This document shows positions 60,615 through 64,000 of a stretch of DNA of 64,000 nucleotides, piece by piece (within the stretch, counting starts at the first letter, position 1; each line of letters opens with the position of its first letter). Made by a program: the position numbers and the translations under genes. This DNA comes from the human T2T-CHM13v2.0 reference genome, Homo sapiens: NCBI RefSeq assembly GCF_009914755.1, contig NC_060927.1; one strand, given 5' to 3'. The notes below the pieces were generated by a model that ran no database searches, was not told the origin of the DNA, and saw only the letters and a list, made by a program, of their open reading frames with translations.

Positions 60615-62572
60615 TGACAGAATTGTACATATATAGTTTACAACACGATGTTTTGAAGTACATACACATTGTGAAATAGTTAAATCTAGCTAATTAACAA
60701 ATATATTGTCTCACAGTTATCGTTTTCGTGGTGAGAACACTTAACCTCCAATTTTTGCATTTTTCAAGAATTCAATGTATTGTAATTAACTGTAGTCAAC
60801 ATGCTATGCAATAGATCTCGTGAGCTTATTCCTATCTAACTATAATTATATATCCTTTAACCAACATCTCCCCATCCTCCTTTTCCCCTGACTACCCCAG
60901 CCTCTGGAAAAGACCATTCTACTCCCTGCTTCTATGATATTAGCTTTGTTCAGCTCCACGTATGAGTAAGATCATGTAGTATTTGTCTTTCTGTGCCAGT
61001 CTTAGTTCACTTAACATAATGCTCTCTAGGTTCGTCCATGCTGATTTTATTTTTTATGGCTGAATAGTATTTCACTGTGTATATAGGTGAAATTTTCTTG
61101 ATCCATTCATCTGTTGATGAATACTTAGGTTGATTCCATATTTTGATTATCACATATCTCTTTGACGTACTGATTTCCTTTCCTTTGGATATACACCCAG
61201 TTCTAAAATTGCTGGATCATATGGAAGTTTTATTTTTAATTTTTTGAGGAAACTCCAGACTATTTTTCATAATGGCTGTACTAATTTACATTCTCAAAAA
61301 CAGTGTGTAGGGTTCCCTTTTCCCCACATCTGTTCCAACATTTGTTATCTCTTGACTTTTGACAATAGCCATTCTAACAGAAGTGAGGTAATATCTCGCT
61401 GTGGTTTTGACTTGCATTTCTCTGATGATTAGTGATGTCGGGCATTTTTTCACACACTTGTTGGCGATTCACATGCCTTCTTTTGAGAAGTGTCTATTCA
61501 GATATTTTGCCCATTTTTTAGTCAGGTCATTAATTTTCTTGCTGTTGAACTGTTTTAAGTTTCTTATATATTTTGGATATTAACCTCTTATTGTATGTAT
61601 GGTGTGCAAATCCTGTTCTGTGGATTGTCTCTTCACTCTGCTGGTTGTTTCCTTTGCTGTGTGAAAGCTTTTCAGTTTAGTTGTTCCATTTTTCTATTTT
61701 TGCTTTTGTCGCCTGTTCTTTTGTGGTCACATCCAGAAAATCATTGCCCAAACCAATGTCATGTAGCTTTTCTCTTAGATTTCCTTCCAGTAGGTTTCAT
61801 AGTTTCAGGTATTACATTTAAGTCTTTAATCCAATTGAGTTTTTGTTGTATATGATGAGAGATAAGTGTCTGATTTCATTCTTATGCATGTGGATATTCA
61901 GTTTTCCCAATAATTTATTGAAAAAACTGTCATTTCCCCATTATGTGTTCTTGGCACCTTTGATAAAAATCATTTGGCAATAAAATTTCTGGGCTCTTTA
62001 TTCTATTCCATTGGTCTGTGTGTCTATTTTTATGCCAGTGTCATGCTGTTTTGGTTATTACAGTTTTGTAATACATTTTGATATCAGGTAGTGCTATGGT
62101 AGTGTGATACCTCCAGCTTTGTTATTTTTGCTAAAGATTGCTTTTGCTATTTAGGATCTTTTGTGGTTCCATAAGAAGTTTAGGATTTTTTTTCTATTTT
62201 TGTGAAAAATGTCATTGGTATTTTGATAGGGATTGCATTGAATCTGTAGATAACTTTGTGTAGTATGAACATTTTACAATATTTATTCTTCTGATCCATG
62301 AACACAAGATGACTTTCCATATATTTGTTTCTTCAGTTTCTTTCATCAATGTTTCATAGTCTTCAGTGGAGATTTTTCACCTCCTTCATTAAATTTATTC
62401 CTAAATATTTTATTTTTTGTAGCTATTATAAATGAGATTGTTTTCTTCATTTCTTTTTCAGATAGTTTGCCATTATTGTATACAGACATTACTGATTTTT
62501 TGTATGTTGATTTTGTATTCTGCAATCTTGCTGAATTTACTTATTAGATTTAACAGGTTTTTGATGGAGTCA
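60615..62572 (-). mobile_element. L1MA (L1MA5-7-like) 3' ~2 kb
   Basis: 'gttaaatctagctaattaaca...gtggtgagaacacttaac' 3' UTR followed by antisense ORF2 through 'tttttgatggagtc'. Confidence 0.88.
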
Positions 62573-63107
62573 GAACACACGTTTTAATGAAACCCATTAT
62601 AATGAATTATCTATAAAAAGAGTTATGTGTTTTCATTTATAAATGACATCTCAGATTAGTTAATAATGTGGCCTCAACTTGTTCTCAAGAGTGTCATTTT
62701 AAAAAATTAGGGGTGGTGAAAATTAAGCATTTATGAATATAATCACATCTTTGACCACTGAGCACTTTTGACCACTTTCACTATTTGGGACACCTGAGAC
62801 CAATGGAAGCCAAATCTCCCACTACAGTTTTGAACGGTTACCCATTCAAAATGATGGGAGCTCCTAAGCTTAATACTCAGTACTAAGCAAGTTAAAAATA
62901 TCCACACATTAAAGTGAAATCTCAGAAAATCAAGGGAAAAGAAGAAAAACATTACATAGAAAGGAGAAACAACTTACCAGATTCCTTATAATCAACAACG
63001 AACAATTGAAGGTATTGGTGCAATATTTTGTAAAGTGTTGAGGGAGAATTAACTTTGTAGCTAAATCTCTATAGTTTCCGAAACTCATTATTCAAAAGTA
63101 AGTATGA

Positions 63108-63401
63108 ATGCTCGGCCTGATGGCTCACGCCTGTAATCCCAAATCTTTGGGAGGCTGAGGCAGTTGGACTGCTTGAGCCTATTAGTTCAAGACCAGCCTA
63201 GGCAACATAGCAAAACCCAGTCTCTACCAAAAAAATTCAAAGAATTAGCCAGGTGTGGTGGTGCACACCTGTAGTCCCAGCTATTTGGGAGGCTGGGAAG
63301 CTCCCTTGAGTCTGGGAGGTGGAGGTTGCAGCTGAGATCCTGCCACTGCGTCCAGCCTCGGTGACAAAGACTCTGTCAAAAGAAAGAAAGAAAAAAAAAA
63401 A
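63108..63401 (+). mobile_element. AluJ (AluJo-like), inside an old L1 ORF1/HAL1-like fragment (~62900-63460)
   Basis: 'gactgcttgagcct...gaccagcctaggcaacatagcaaaaccc'; diverged dimer with A-rich tail. Confidence 0.85.
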
Positions 63402-63624
63402 GAATGAGTACGAAATAAAGACTTTTCAGCCATACAGACTCAGATATTTCACAAGACTGGGTATTACTGGAAGGGATGGGCATGGGGATGGGGATAGAAC
63501 CTAAGCTAGACTGAAAAGAAAATAATCAACCAAGATAGCAAGTAAATGAACCCAAGAAGTAGGCTGTGAGAAAAGAAGGCTAGTCAAGGAAATCATTACA
63601 TAAAATAAAACAAATAACAGTAAA

Positions 63625-63870
63625 TCTTTATTTAGAATTTACCATATCCAATTGTGTAACCACTTTAAATGATTTGATTCATTTAATCTTTCTACCACCC
63701 TAAGAGGCAGGTATTATTATTCTCATTTATCAAATGCAAAAACTGAAGGGCAGAGGTCAAGCAACTTATTCAAAGTCACGCAGCTAGTAGATGTTGAAGA
63801 ATAGACATGAACCAAGGCAGCTTAGCTCTATAGCCTTTGCCCTTAGCCAACCTACTCTATTACATCTCAA
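63625..63870 (-). mobile_element. MIR
   Basis: 'tcatttaatcttt...ccctaagaggcaggtattattattctcattt...aaactgaagggcagaggtcaagcaacttattcaaagtcacgcagctagt'. Confidence 0.88.
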
Positions 63871-64000
63871 TAAGTATAAAGCATAGGAGAACAATAATAA
63901 ATAATTATGATAAGATATCTTACAGCAATTTCAAATACAGCTTCAGAAAATAAAAACACAGTAACCCAGTGGGCAAGAGAAAAGATGGGAAAAAGAGGGA

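Overview
AT-rich, CpG-poor primate (very likely human) genomic DNA. It contains AluY/S/J, L1PA, THE1 and LTR12 elements, so it is not prokaryotic. Roughly 60% (by eye) is interspersed repeat. The main elements are an old ERVL internal region plus LTR16-like LTR interrupted by a solo LTR12 and an Alu; a 5'-truncated L1PA3-like LINE-1 (26677-30450) with a 983-codon open ORF2 stretch and a 17-bp TSD; a rearranged sense-antisense-sense L1 (45.5-49.1 kb); and many old L1M, L2, MIR, MaLR and DNA-transposon fossils. I recognise no host protein-coding gene, RNA gene or CRISPR array, and I cannot support a novel biological system here. The best non-repeat signals are a compact CCAAT + RFX X-box + TATA cluster at ~54.0 kb, several minus-strand exon-like segments that could form a spliced lncRNA, a plus-strand 19-nt micro-exon-like segment, and a MER20-borne CTCF motif. 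Repeat subfamily names come from remembered consensus sequences and need RepeatMasker/Dfam confirmation. Boundaries without TSDs are approximate.
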